NCBI GenBank assembly: GCA_016748015.1
Contig: JAAOMT010000213.1
Location: forward strand, 26,466-90,465
Direction of reading: 5' to 3'
Source of the DNA: Geosiphon pyriformis uo1
Lineage: Eukaryota > Fungi > Glomeromycota
Length of the DNA stretch: 64,000 nucleotides
Part shown: positions 38,541-51,166 of the stretch, piece after piece
How positions within the stretch are numbered: position 1 is the stretch's first letter
Layout: the number at the start of each line of letters is the position of its first letter
Translations under genes and position numbers: made by a program
Notes under the pieces: generated by a model
The model's database searches: none
The model's input: only the letters and a program-made list of their open reading frames with translations
Told to the model about the DNA's origin: nothing

Positions 38541-41500
38541 GTATCAATGATTTGCGAAGATCTTTTCTGAACTGTGGATGGGTCATCAGTTGGCCAAATG
38601 TAATGTGTGCTGGGGTTTCCATAAGATCTTTAACAACAGAATAGAGTTCGGATTTTTGTACAATTTCTGGGGGTTCCAACTTTGGAGAATTTTTAAAAAC
38701 CTTAGCCTTTGGTGGCTCATTGTTATTAGCAGATGATTTAGATGCTTTGTTTGGGTCCAAGACGAAATCAACCTTGGCTTTTTTCTTCTTTCTGGTTGAT
38801 TCAGAGGTGTTGATTGCTAGTTCATCCATATTATGATCATCATCAGTTAGGTTAAAAGCATAAAAGGGGTTTTCTTCTGGTTGGCTTGCACTCTCACCCT
38901 TTGAAGGTGCACCTACCAGTTTAAAGGCTGGTAAACAGTAGCTTTAACTAAGAAATCCTCTCCAAAAAAATTGATGTTGGGATGATTGGGTCTTTGATTG
39001 AGAACATTATTATTGTTGGGTCTGTTATTCTGGGTGTCATTATTTCTGGGAGCTGGAAAAGGCAATAGAGGGTTGTTACAGTCTCTGGAAAAGTGTCCAG
39101 TTAGTCCACAGTGATAGCACACAGGTGAGCCATGATTTTGTTGTCTTTGATATGGTAGTTGCTGGGGCTGATTGAAGCAGGGTTCAAATCTGGGTCTTTG
39201 GGGTTGCTGGTTGTTTCTGACTGCTTGGGCTAATGGTTCTAATAGCCAGGCAAGATTAGCTGTAAGTCTATCTATTAACTGTTCATTTGGGTCTTGAGTT
39301 TGGGCAGCAAAAAAGGTAGCAGCCATTTGGGGAGCAGGAGCCATAACAAGAACAGGAGCAAAAACTGGAAGTGTGGATCTTAGGTGCATCCTTTGATTGT
39401 CTTCTATTCTCTAAGCAAGTTCAATGGCCATATCCATTGTGGGATTATCTTTCAAGGCCAGGAGGGGCTAAAGAGCATATGATAGATCAGTTCTCAGTCC
39501 TTTTGTGAAGGAATGTATTTTCTGCTCTTCTGTCCAATTTCTTCCAGTCTACCTGTTTAATGAGTTTTCTTATTGCTTTGGCATATTCTGTTACAACCTC
39601 ACCAGGGCCTTGAGTTCTTCTGAGGGTTCTAAATTTTGTTTCAAACTGGGTAGTGAAAGAGGTGTTGTCTTTTCAAAAACTCTTTCTCTCCTAAATTTCA
39701 TGACCACAAATAGAGTTAAGAGTAAAAAAATTGCAAACGTTACTTTTCCTATAGTAACTAATAAAGTTTCAACACGAGAGAGTCTCTTTGTTATTGAAGC
39801 AGCTAGACAAAACATTCTGGCAACATTTCCTTTAAAAAATAATAGTAATAAGCTGCTTTTAGCGGCTTCTGGTTCATTTTCTTCTCCTTTGGCTGGAAGT
39901 TCTTCTCCAGTCAAAGTTCCTTCAAAAAGGCACACTCGGGTTAGTCCTAGTGTTGTCTCTACCACTTTAAAGAGCCCAAAGATTTTTAATAACAGACCAG
40001 TCAACAAGTTGGTCTTTCCTGCTTTCACCACTCCCACTACTACTTCTACTACTACTGCTTCACAAATGGCCACAAAAGCGAAAAATCCCAAAAAACAGTA
40101 GCAGACAGTCGCAACTGCTATGGTCACACTGAACCCCTTTGTGGTTCCAGATGAGATCTTCAGTAAGATCTTCACAGCAGCAGCCAGCCCTATTTCTGAT
40201 ATGGATGGCAACAGCAGCAGCATATCTCCCAAGATGGGCCAAGATCAACCACTGGCTGTGTTGCCTGATGTGGTACTCTCCAGCAGATCATCACCAATCC
40301 CAGTAGCAAAACAGTCCATCAATCCAGATGATCTCAAAGATTGGGCTGATCAGATGGAAATGGAATCAACTGTTCCCCCCCCCAGTTTCTGGTGCATCTG
40401 ATGCTGGTGCTTGGGTGAATGTGAATGGACATTAAAGGTTTTTTGGTTGGGTGGCCTCCAATCTTGTATCTGGTGCTACATTTAAGATCAAGATGGCTTT
40501 GCTCAGTTCTTTGTTTCAGTTGCTGCCTGGTTGTATTGGGCTTAAATCAGTTTCATGAGATGCTGTCAAGTTGTTCTGTGTGGAATTTGCATTTCAGGAG
40601 TGTCTAAATGGTGCTACCAAGGTGGCCATTGGTGATGAGGTTTTTTTGACCACTCTTAAGATTGTACGGTCTTCAGGAGTGGCCTCTGTTTCTTACCCTT
40701 CTTTGTCAGTTGCACTGTGTGATGTACTCTTGGGTGCCTTTTCTGATGACATCAAATCTGCTCTTGGCATTTTTGGTGTTGTCACTTCTGTTAAGTTGAA
40801 GCCTGCTGGCTTATGGCAATATGCTGTGGTTAATTTTAAGGACACTTTTTCTGCTGCTGCTGCTCTCTCTAACTGGTCTGTGTTGGTCAGAAAAGATAGT
40901 GTTAGGATTCTTCCCATTGCCAACCAAAAGGAGGTTATCTCCTCAAGAGATGCTTTCAAAGCTAAGCTGGTTAATCTTCCATTTGGCTGTACTGCATTTA
41001 AGATAAGTAATCTGGTCTTCCAAGTTGGTAGCCATACGTGTTTCATTCTCCACTCCTCTGATTCTTATCAACATCAATGCTTTGCAGTGGTGACCTTTGG
41101 TTCCTTGGAATCTTTGAATGCTGCTGTTTCAAAAACTGGTACCTTACGTGGCTTCTAATTCTGCTGGTGGTCCCATCATTTTCAAGTTGTCATCCCTTGT
41201 TGGAGCTAAATCTTATGCCAAAGCTGCCACCTCTGTGGTTCCTCCTGTTGCTGCTGCTGCTGATATGGGTCTGGCTTTCAGTACCTCCTCCAAAGTTGTG
41301 GTGCCGCTGTTGCCGGTTGCCTCCTCTGGTTCAGATGTTGCTGTTAATGCTAGATTGGCTTCTCTGGAAACCCAACTTAGTGAATTGTCTTTGTTGATCA
41401 AATCTATAGTTGAGCCTGTGGGTTCTTTGGTTGCATTGGTTACTATGTTATTGTCTACTCCACCAGTTGTGGCAGAGGCAATAAAGGAAAGTGTGATTGG

Positions 41501-43498
41501 ATTGGGAAACCAAATTAAGGCTGTTCGTGCTGTGGCTTTTGTGGTGCAAAAGAAAGTGGGGGCCCTCAAGTTGAGGAGTGGGAAAGTACACCATAACATA
41601 TCTGATGATGAAGACATGGATGATGATGATGATGATAATGATGATAATGATGGTAATGTTAAAGATTTTTCGGTCTATGATGATACATTTGATGTGATGA
41701 TGGAGTTATGGGAGGTTCAATCCTCTAATATCAAGTCCGATCCAGATCAGACTGCTAAGTGGATGAGCAGTCTTGTTAAGAGTAGTCATGAACTTGTATG
41801 CAATATGGGTAAGATGTATGAATTAGATATGTTTGATACATTAGGTAGCAAAGGTAGTACTAGCATGTAGTTAGGGCTTTCTGCTTGTGGTTAGCCGCAT
41901 CTTGTAATATGTATTATTGGGTGAGCTGGCTTTATGAAACTGCCACATTACTGTGGAATAACTAATAAATGACTGGCGTGGCTATATGTTAACAAAAAAA
42001 AAAAAAAGGTGTTGTCTTTTCCAGCATTTGCTAATGCCCATTTAATAATTCTTTGCTGAGCATTGGCATTGGTTTTTTGTGAGAGCCAAGTAGCAGGAAA
42101 GCCTTGGAGGTAGCCACCAACAATTTGGAACTTGTATTCATTATCATATTGGTTTGCTGTGGCAGCTCTCTCAAAATCATCCAGCCATTTGATAGGATCT
42201 TGGGCATCATCTCTGAATAATGGTAATGGGGTGTTGTTTTTTCGCCTTACAGCAGTCTGTATACTTTGGAGGGCAATCAGAATGTTTTGTTGCAGAGAGT
42301 CTTAAGCCATTGGTTCAGGTGTAATTGTTTGTGTGAAGTGTTCTGATTCACTTGAAAAGAGATCAAAAACAGGAGCAGTTTGATAGCTTTCTTCTTCTGT
42401 TTTAAGAGGAGTTTTTGTTGATTGATGAGCAGCAATCCAAATGTAGATTTGATGATTCAGATATTCAAAATCAGGGGGCTGTTGTTCAAAGGTTGTAGAA
42501 TATAAGAGCTGATTGATACTGTTGTTTCTTCCTTCAAAGTCGTCTTCAAAATAAGCTTGGTCAAAGTAATAGATTGTATAAGCTGTGTAAGTTTTAGCTG
42601 AATGCTCATTCAGAAACCAGTTCCAAAAGTCTTGGAATTGTCTGCTGGATTGTTTTTTAATGGAAAAGCAAATCAAGCAGAAGAGCAAAGAATTGAGTTC
42701 AATAAAGTCTAGATTGTTTTTGTTGTGTGCTTTAAAGTGTTCTTTTGATTGTTGTGGCAGGTATGAATAATCACCCATACAATAGAAAACAAAGTAGATT
42801 TTGACAACTTCACAGGGAGCACCACTTTTATGTTATGGATTGGAGTAACAAGCTAATGAATAGCAAGGGAGAACAGGATTGTAGGGTGATAAAAATAATC
42901 AAAGGGAATTCAACTTCAAAGAGTGAATTGAATGAATAGGAATTCAATGTGTGAGATCAGTCTCATAAAATATCTCAGTTGCTATTTTTTTCAAAAGGTA
43001 ACTGGGGAATCTGAAGATAGAGGGATAGTCTGTACTGTCAACAAATAATTATGCCTGGTATAATTCTATGTCTCAAGTCGGCACTCTTAGAATTCAATAT
43101 CAGGTATCAAATGTACTCTTCAGTCATGTTTTATTCAATAATCTTCAAATGCTGCACTTATATGTTTCAAGAAAAGGATAGGAAATAACTAACAAGTAAT
43201 CTTTTATCTTTAAGATGTTCAGATACTTGAAAGTAGGGAAAGAGAAATTAGCGATAAGAGAGAGATTGAGATGAAAGTTGTTATTTTATTTATTTATTTC
43301 TTTTAATTCTTACATGCCTTTCTACAGCTAAGAAATTCATCACTTATATAGCTGTCAAAAGTGGTCAATAATCAGGTCAATGACTAGGTTAATGATCAGG
43401 TCAATGATCACTTACTAAAAATAGAGTGGCTAATTTATGTAATATCAATAGCTAATACATGTGATAACTAATAAGAAGTATAAGTTTCAACCATAACA
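38541..43498 (-). mobile_element. Gypsy 5' part (5' LTR 42831-43498, PBS, gag, start of pol) with nested ORF1-only element
   Basis: ORFs 42302, 38913 (CYHCGLTGHFSRDC) and 38494; frameshift heptamer at 38919-38925. Confidence 0.92.
39675..42006 (+). mobile_element. Full-length ORF1-only element (subfamily 1) inserted in gag
   Basis: 15-bp TSD AGGTGTTGTCTTTTC at 39660-39674 and 42007-42021; ATG 39700, stop 41870, poly(A). Confidence 0.95.
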
Positions 43499-43925
43499 AT
43501 ATAATTAGCCACTCTATTTTTAAAAAGTGATCATTGACCTGATCATTGACCACTTTTGATAGTTATATAAGCAATGAATCTCTTAGCTGTAGAAAAAAAT
43601 ATAAGAATCAAAGAAATAAAAGAAATAAAATAACAACTTTCATTTCAATCATTCTCTTATTGCTAATTTTTCTTTTCCTACCTTCAAGTATCTGAACATT
43701 TTGGGATAAAAGATTACTTGTTGGTTATTTCTTATTCTTTTTTCTGAAACATGTAATTGCAGCATTTGAAGATTATTGAATAAAACATAACTGAAGAGTA
43801 CATCTAATACTTGATATTGAATTCTAAAAGTGCCAACATGAGGCATAGAATTATACTGGTGTGTGATCATTTGTTAACAGTACAGACTATCCCTCTATCT
43901 TCAAATTCCCTAGTTATTTTTTGAG
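43499..43925 (+). repeat. Partial Gypsy LTR, inverted relative to the adjacent LTR
   Basis: Matches 8457-8980; lacks the first ~58 nt. Confidence 0.88.
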
Positions 43926-45289
43926 AATGTGAATGGTTGTCAGAGGTTCTCTGGTTGGGTGGCCTCCAATCTAGTATCTGGTGCTACATTTAAAATCAAA
44001 ATGGCCCTGCTTGGTTCCTTGTTTCAGTTGCTGCCTGGTTGTATTGGGCTTAAGTCAGTTTCATGAGATGCTGTTAAGTTGTTCTGTGTGGAATTTGCAT
44101 CTCAGGAGAGTCTAAATAGTGCCATCAAAGTGGCCATTGGTGATGAGAATTTTTTGACCACTCTTAAGATTGCACAGTCTTCTGGTGTGGCCTCTGTTTC
44201 TTCCTTTTCCTTGTCAGTTGCACTGAATGACATACCTTTGGGTACCTCTTCTGATGACATCAAAACTGCTCTTAGCATTTTTGGTGTTGTTACTTCTGTT
44301 AAGTTGAAGTCTGCTGGCTTATGGCAGTACACTGTGGTTAATTTTAAGGATATTTCTTCTGCTGCTGCTGTTCTCTCTAACTGGTCTGTGTTGGTCAGAA
44401 AAGATAGTGTTAGGATTCTTTCCATTGCCAACCAAGAGGAGGTTATCTCTTTGAGAGATGCATTCAAAGCTAAGTTGGTCAATCTTTCATTTGGCTGTAC
44501 TGCCTTTGAGATAAGTGATTTGGTCTCTCAAGTTGGTAGCCATACATGTTTCATTCCTTGCTCCTCAATGTCAATGCTTTGCTGTGATTACTTTTGATTC
44601 TTTGGAATCTCTGAATGTTGCTGTGTCAAAAACTGGTACATTGCGTGGTTGTCACATCTGGTGGGAAACTCTTGGGTGTTGTCGCTGCTACAGATGTCAA
44701 GACTTAAATCATTTGGCTGTGGACTGCAAGAAGTTGCCTCTTCTCCCACCCAAACTCCTTTTCAACACCTTTGGTGGTCCCAAAAATTTCAAACCTTTAT
44801 TTGTTGAATCTAAATTTTATGCCAAGGCTGCTGCTGTTGTGGTTTCTCTTGGTGTTGTTGCTGCTAATATGGACTTGGATTTTGTTGGTCCTCCCAAAAC
44901 TGTGACATCCATGTTGCCTGCTATCCCTTTTGCTCCCAATTCTGCTGTTGAATTTAGGTTGGCTTCTTTGGAATCCCATCTTAGTAAACTATCTGTGTTG
45001 ATAAAATCTTTAGTTGAACCTGTCAGTGCTCTGGTTGCATTGGTTACCAAATTGCTGTCTACTCCATCTGCCATGGATGTGTCTGTTAAGAAATGTGTGA
45101 ATGGATTGGCTAAGCAAAATAAAGGCTTGGCTGCTGTTGCCACCATGATACAGAAAAGAATGACATGCCTTGAGAAAATATGTGAATGGGCCTGCTTGGA
45201 GGATAGATCAGATGGTGATAACATGGTTAATGATGTTGATAATGATGATGAAGATAAAGACTTTTTAGTTTATGATAACACCTTTGATG
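43926..45289 (+). mobile_element. 5'-truncated ORF1-only element, subfamily 2; continues as reverse complement of 59185-59300
   Basis: ORFs 44079 and 44515 with CYRCQDLNHLAVDC. Confidence 0.9.
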
Positions 45290-45465
45290 TTTTTTTTTTT
45301 GTTTTTTGTTAACGTGTAGCCACGCCGGTTGTTTATTAGTTATTCCACAGTAATATGGCTGTTTCATAAAGCCAGCTTACCCAATAATACATATTACAAG
45401 ATGTGGCTAACCACAAGCGGAAAGCCCTAACTACATGCTAGTACTACCTTTGCTACCTAATGTAT
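45290..45465 (-). mobile_element. 3' end of the ORF1-only copy whose 5' part is at 59301-61571
   Basis: Poly(A), UTR and last codons; joins 61571 exactly through TSD ATAC. Confidence 0.88.
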
Positions 45466-46160
45466 TGTTATGGGTTGGAGTAACAAGCTAACAGATAGCA
45501 AGGGAGAACAGTATTGTATGGTGATGAAAATAAACAAAGAGGGAATTACAATAAGGGAGTGAATTGAATAAGTAGGAATTTAATGTGTGTGATCAGTCTC
45601 ATAAAAATCACAGTCGCTAATCTTTTCTTAAATCTGAAGGTAGAGGAATAGTCCGTGATTGTCAACAAGATAACACCACTGCTATTATTCTATGCCTCAA
45701 CTCAGCGATTCTTAGAATCAATAACAGGTATTGTTGTGCTTTTCAATTGTTTCTTTATTTAATGAATTACAAGAGCAAGCCAATTGCTTCTCAGGCTAAT
45801 TCTAACAAACACAAATCAAGAAGGGGAAAAGATAAGATATGTAAATGCCAACAAGTAGATACTTGAAGATAAAAAAAGGGGAATAAGCGATTATGAGAGG
45901 AAGTAATTGATATTGTTTATTTTGTTACTTTGATCATGTCATTCTACAGCTAAGAGAATCATCGCTTATATAGCTATCTAATGTGGTCAACGACCAGGTC
46001 AATGATCAGGTCAATGATCAGGTCAATGATCAGGTCATTGATCAGGTCAATAATCAGGTCAATAATCAGGTCAATGGTCAGGTCATTGATCAGGTCAACA
46101 ATCACTATCTAAAAATAGGGTGGCTAATTATATGACATCAGTGACTAATACATGTGATAA

Positions 46161-46795
46161 CTAATAAAAACTATGGATTTCAACCATAACATCATCCTCT
46201 CCAAAGAAATTGAGCTTCAGCGAAATCAAGCTATTTATGGGATAGTCTATGTAAAGAGTTTTGTCTAACTCAAAACTAACTAGTTTGTTGAAGTCTTTTG
46301 TGGATAGGGTATATAATACTTGAGGTAAAATAAGTTTTGTATCCAAGAGACCAAATCTTTGTATAAGAGTTCTGGCTCTTCTAGCAATAGTCAAAACTCT
46401 TGAGACATCCAATTGTATAATGCCCAAAATTTCCCCTTGTATCTCTGAAGTTGTTTTCTTCATGAACTTCATGTCTTCTATGATTTTACCAAGACGACCA
46501 TAGAGTTCTAGTTGTCTTCCATATGACAAGTTTTTGTCTATGGGCAAGATTTCTTGTATTGTTTTTCCAATTGTGCTGGAAGGTAAAAGTATTGCTGCTG
46601 TTATGCTTTCCAGCAGGTATTTATTCATTTTGCCACCAATTTTTTTTCTTTGATAACAGTGTGAGTTCCACTGTTGTCTGTTATGGTGGTTTGTTTTCCA
46701 ATAGTCAGAGTAGCATTTGGATAGTTCTTGATTCAGTATTCATGGAGAGTATAGAAAGTGTTTTGAATGTTTTGATCCAGGAAATAATTGTTCAT
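46161..46795 (-). pseudogene. Gypsy ORF3 (unknown function), one stop and one frameshifting deletion
   Basis: ATG at 46795 (MNNYFLDQNIQ); intact 155 aa C-terminal part. Confidence 0.75.
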
Positions 46796-46836
46796 GTCAA
46801 TTGAAGATACCTCTGTTTTGGGAATGGTGCATTTAT

Positions 46837-48150
46837 TTATATCTGATTTTTGCTGATCATTTGGGTTGGTATTACCACAACAGGTAACCAATCAGGTTAT
46901 TTGTGATATTTCTTGAGTCATGTGCCATGAACAGGGCGATTATTGAAGATTGTTCCATATTGATCTTGTAAGATATAAGAACCATTGTTCAAAACTTTGT
47001 TGACTATAAAAGATCCTTTCCAGTGGCTGGAGAATTTATCACCATAAACATTGTCTCTGTCTGAACGGTATTCCAAAACTAAGTTACCAATACTTAAGGA
47101 AAGTGTTTTATAGGTCTTTTTCTTTTTGAGCTTCTCTTGAAACTGTTTTATCTTTTCAAAGGCAATTATCCGTGCTTCTACCAATGAGTCAAGAATGGTA
47201 CCAAGTCTTCTTTGCAAAATGTTCTTGTAATCTCCTATTGTTATTTCTTCAAAAGATATTGTTTCTATATCTGTTTCTATTGGTAGAGTTGTCATTCGTC
47301 CATAGAGCAGATAAAAGGGTTCATAACTTGTTATGTCATGATTCACAGTTCTGTAGGTGAACAAAGCTGAAGGCAATACTTTGTTCCATAGGTTGGTTTC
47401 TTCACTGGTTTTGGCTAGGGTTTCACATAGTGTTCTATTGAAATGTTCCACTAGGCCATTTGTTTGGGGGTAATAAGAGGAAGAGAGTTTATGACATATT
47501 CTCATTTTTCTACAAAGTTCTTCAACCAGTGTACTAAGAAAAGCTCTTCCTCTGTCAGATAAAAGTTCTTTGGGGCAGCCATGGCAACAGATAATATCTT
47601 CATAAATGAAATTGGCAATTGAGACTGCTGTTTGATCTGGGGTGGCTCTTGCTTCTACCCACTTTGTAAGATAGTCAGTAGCTGTAATAATGTATCTGTT
47701 GCTATTAAGAGTTACTGTTAAAGGTCCAACAACATCTATACCAATTCTGTCAAATAGTTGACCAACAGAGATTGGATGGATATCTTCCTTGCAATTGGGT
47801 TTTTCTCTTCTTTGGCAGGTATCACAGGTTTTGATGTATTCAGCAATGTCTTTTCCCAAGGTAGGCCAATAATAGCAAGCTAAAGTTTTCTGAATCGTTT
47901 TTGTTTTTCCAAAGTGTCCAGCTAATGGATCAGTGTGCATATTGTAGATCATGATTTTTCTTTTTTCAAATCTAATGACTCTCTGGGGGTGGTCAGAATC
48001 TTTTTTATTTCTTTTATATAACTGGTTCTGGCAAATCAAATAGAAATTTGATTGTTTGCACAAATGTTCTCTTTGCTGTCGAGTATAGTCCAGCAGGTAT
48101 TGTCCTTTACCCAAAAATTCCATTAAGGCAGAGTAGTTGTCCAAGTCCAT
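46837..48150 (-). pseudogene. Integrase, encoded as a stand-alone ORF
   Basis: 412 aa ORF with H-x6-H...CDTC and DDE; premature stops in the last 28 codons. Confidence 0.93.
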
Positions 48151-48215
48151 TATCATGTTTGTTTGTGGGGGAGTTACAAATAATTAAGTTGGTTTGGTTT
48201 GAGAGGGTTTTACTA

Positions 48216-50853
48216 TCACTGGATGGTAAGTCTGGAGAGAGTGTCGGCATTTTGATGATTAGCTTCTTTGTGGTGTTGAATGTCATAGTCGAATTCATCC
48301 AAGTGGAGTATCCAGCAAGTTATCCATTTATGTTCCAGGTTTCTTTTGTTGCATAGCCAAACCAAAGCTTGGTGATCTGTTACCACCAAAAATTTTACAC
48401 CCTTAAGATATTTGTCCCAGTAGCTGGTAGCCCAAACTACTGCTAAGCATTCTTGCTCAGTGACTGAGTAGTTTCTTTCTGCTGGTGTGAGAGTTCTACT
48501 GGCATATGCTATGGCGTGTTCTCTGTTATCTTCATCTTTCTGGGAAAGAACAGCACCAAGTCCATAGCCAGATGCATCAGTGTGGAGGATAAAAAGTTGA
48601 TCCAGATTAGGTTGCATGAGAATGGGTTCTGTAACCAGTTTTTCCTTTAGAATTTCAAATGCTTTTTGTTGATGAGTGCTCCAGTGATAATTGATGTTTT
48701 TCTTAAGTAGCTGATTGAGAGGAGTGGCAATTTTGGAGAAATCCTTGACAAACTTGTGATAATAAGAGGCCAAACCAAGAAAAGAGCATAGTTCATAAAC
48801 ATTCATTGGTTGTCTAATGTTTTGAACTTTTTCAATTTTGGCTGGATCAGGGAAGATTCCATCTTTTGTAATAAGATGGCCAAGGAACTGGATGGATTGA
48901 TGTCCAAAGAATGATTTGATTGGATTGATCTTAAGGCCAGCATTTCTAAGGAGGTCAAAAACCTTTTGCAAATGTTCAAGGTGTTCATCCCAGGTTTTTG
49001 AGTATACCATTATGTCATCCAAGTAGACTAGAACAAAGTTTTCTTTTACTGATTCAAATACTTTGTTCATTAAGCATTGAAAGGTGGGAGGAGCATTTGT
49101 GAGACCAAAAGGCATGACTATGAATTTGTAGGTGCCATACTTGGTGATGAAGGCAGTTTTCTTTTTGCTTTCTGGATCCATCTCTACTTGCCAGAATCCA
49201 GCAGTTAAGTCAATGGTTGAGAAGAAAGCGGCACCATGGAATTGGTCTAGCATTGCATCAATCTTGGAAAGTGAGTACATGTCTCTTTCAGTAATGGCAT
49301 TTAATTAGTGATAGTCAACACAAAAGCATAGGGTTCCTCCTTTCTTGGATACCACTACAACTGGGAATGCCCATTCACTCTTGGTTTCCTGTATGAATCC
49401 AAGGTTTTTTATTCGGGTTATTTTCTTTTTGATAAACTCATTATTGTGCCAGTTGGATTGATAGGGCTTCAAATGGATGGGACAAGTTTCTCTGGTGATG
49501 ATGGTGTGTTGTATCACATGTGTATGTCCAGGAGGTTTACCTTCTTTTGAGACAACTGGGCTGTTTCTAGCCAGCAGGTTTTCAATGTCTATCTTTCTTT
49601 CTTCTGAAGAGAGTTCTCTTTGTTCTACAACCAGTGATTGGATTTCAGGTGGTTTGTTTTCAAAGGACTTTTGGACTTCTTTTATTTCCTCATGGGGTAT
49701 CAAGCTGATTGGTTCCCAATCTTTGTAATAGATCAGGCAGGACATGCATTCATCACTAGGAGAATACAATGGTTTGTTGCACCAGCACCGGGCACAAAGA
49801 ACCATACCACCAATAACTGTATTTGGCTTTCTTGCCTGGCTTTCTGTTAAAGGTTCTTCTGAGCATGTCATAATAAGGCCAGCAGATCAGCTTGCCATTG
49901 ACAATAATTCCTTCTTTATCTGCCTTGACATTATCCAGTGGTTTGCCATTGCTGGTGAAGATGGTATAGGCGAGTTCAGCAGTTTCTTCTTGTTCTTCTT
50001 GTTCTTCTTCTTCCTCACTTTCTTCATCATCTGATTTGTCTGATCCATTTTCTTCTGGGCTCTGCTTGGGTACTGGGGGAATTGTCCAATGGTGACACTT
50101 AACCACAATGGGTTTCTCACCACATCTGATGGTTAGTTCACAGAGTTCATAATCAAGCAAAGCTTTTGCTTTCTTGAGCCATTCATTGCCAACAATGATG
50201 GTGTATTCTTTCACTTCAGATACTTCCATATCAGTTTCAATGCTGATGCCATTGATGCAGACAGGAATAGCTTTGGCAATGCCAAGCCCTTTTTTCTTAT
50301 CACTATGTACATTGGTCATTAGTCATGTGGATGGTTCATCAATTTTTCTGCCAATTGCTTCAAGAAAGTGTTTAGCAATAACACTAACAGATGATCCACT
50401 GTCTAGGATCAAATTGATGAAGTAGCCAGCCACTTGGGCTTTACAAATTAGAGGAGTGACATTGCTATTGTCAGCAAGTCCAGCTTGGCAAGGGCATTTG
50501 TTGGTTTTGGGTGTCTTTTTCTTTGGAATTAGAGATTTCCAAAGATCTTTTCTGAATTGTGGATGGGTCATCAATTGGCCAAAGGTTGTATTATTTCTGG
50601 GGATTCCAACTTTGGAGGGTTCTTGAAAACTTTGGCTTTTGGGGGCTCATTGTTGTCAGCAGTTGATGTAGAAGCTTTATTGGGGTCCAGAACGAAATCA
50701 ACTTTGGCTTTCTTCTTTTTTCTTGTGGATTCAGAGGAGTTGATTGCTAATTCATCCATGTCATGGTCATCATCAGTTAAGTTAAAAGCATAAAAGGGGT
50801 TTTCTTCTGGTTGGCTTGCACTCTCACCCTTTGGAGGTGCGCCTACCAGTTTA
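48216..50853 (-). pseudogene. Pol: protease, RT (YLDD), RNase H (TDAS)
   Basis: ORFs 50571, 50323, 49756, 49305 and 48216. Confidence 0.94.
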
Positions 50854-51166
50854 NNNNNNNNNNNNNNNNNNNNNNNNNNNNNNNNNNNNNNNNNNNNNNN
50901 NNNNNNNNNNNNNNNNNNNNNNNNNNNNNNNNNNNNNNNNNNNNNNNNNNNNNNNNNNNNNNNNNNNNNNNNNNNNNNNNNNNNNNNNNNNNNNNNNNNN
51001 NNNNNNNNNNNNNNNNNNNNNNNNNNNNNNNNNNNNNNNNNNNNNNNNNNNNNNNNNNNNNNNNNNNNNNNNNNNNNNNNNNNNNNNNNNNNNNNNNNNN
51101 NNNNNNNNNNNNNNNNNNNNNNNNNNNNNNNNNNNNNNNNNNNNNNNNNNNNNNNNNNNNNNNNNG

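Noticed and set aside
40099-40101. Same CAG>TAG stop in two parasite copies (also 26699-26701) as programmed readthrough or a two-ORF layout
   Set aside because: Copies at 2321, 11455 and 59301 have sense codons there; C>T decay is a sufficient explanation.
46161-46795. ORF3 as an envelope gene
   Set aside because: Too short, with no visible signal peptide or transmembrane helix.
48107-48298. Third-frame ORF bridging RNase H and integrase
   Set aside because: Joining would need two successive frameshifts and no slippery sites are evident.
50854-51166. ORFs containing X runs (also 13531-13630)
   Set aside because: Artefacts of translating assembly gaps.
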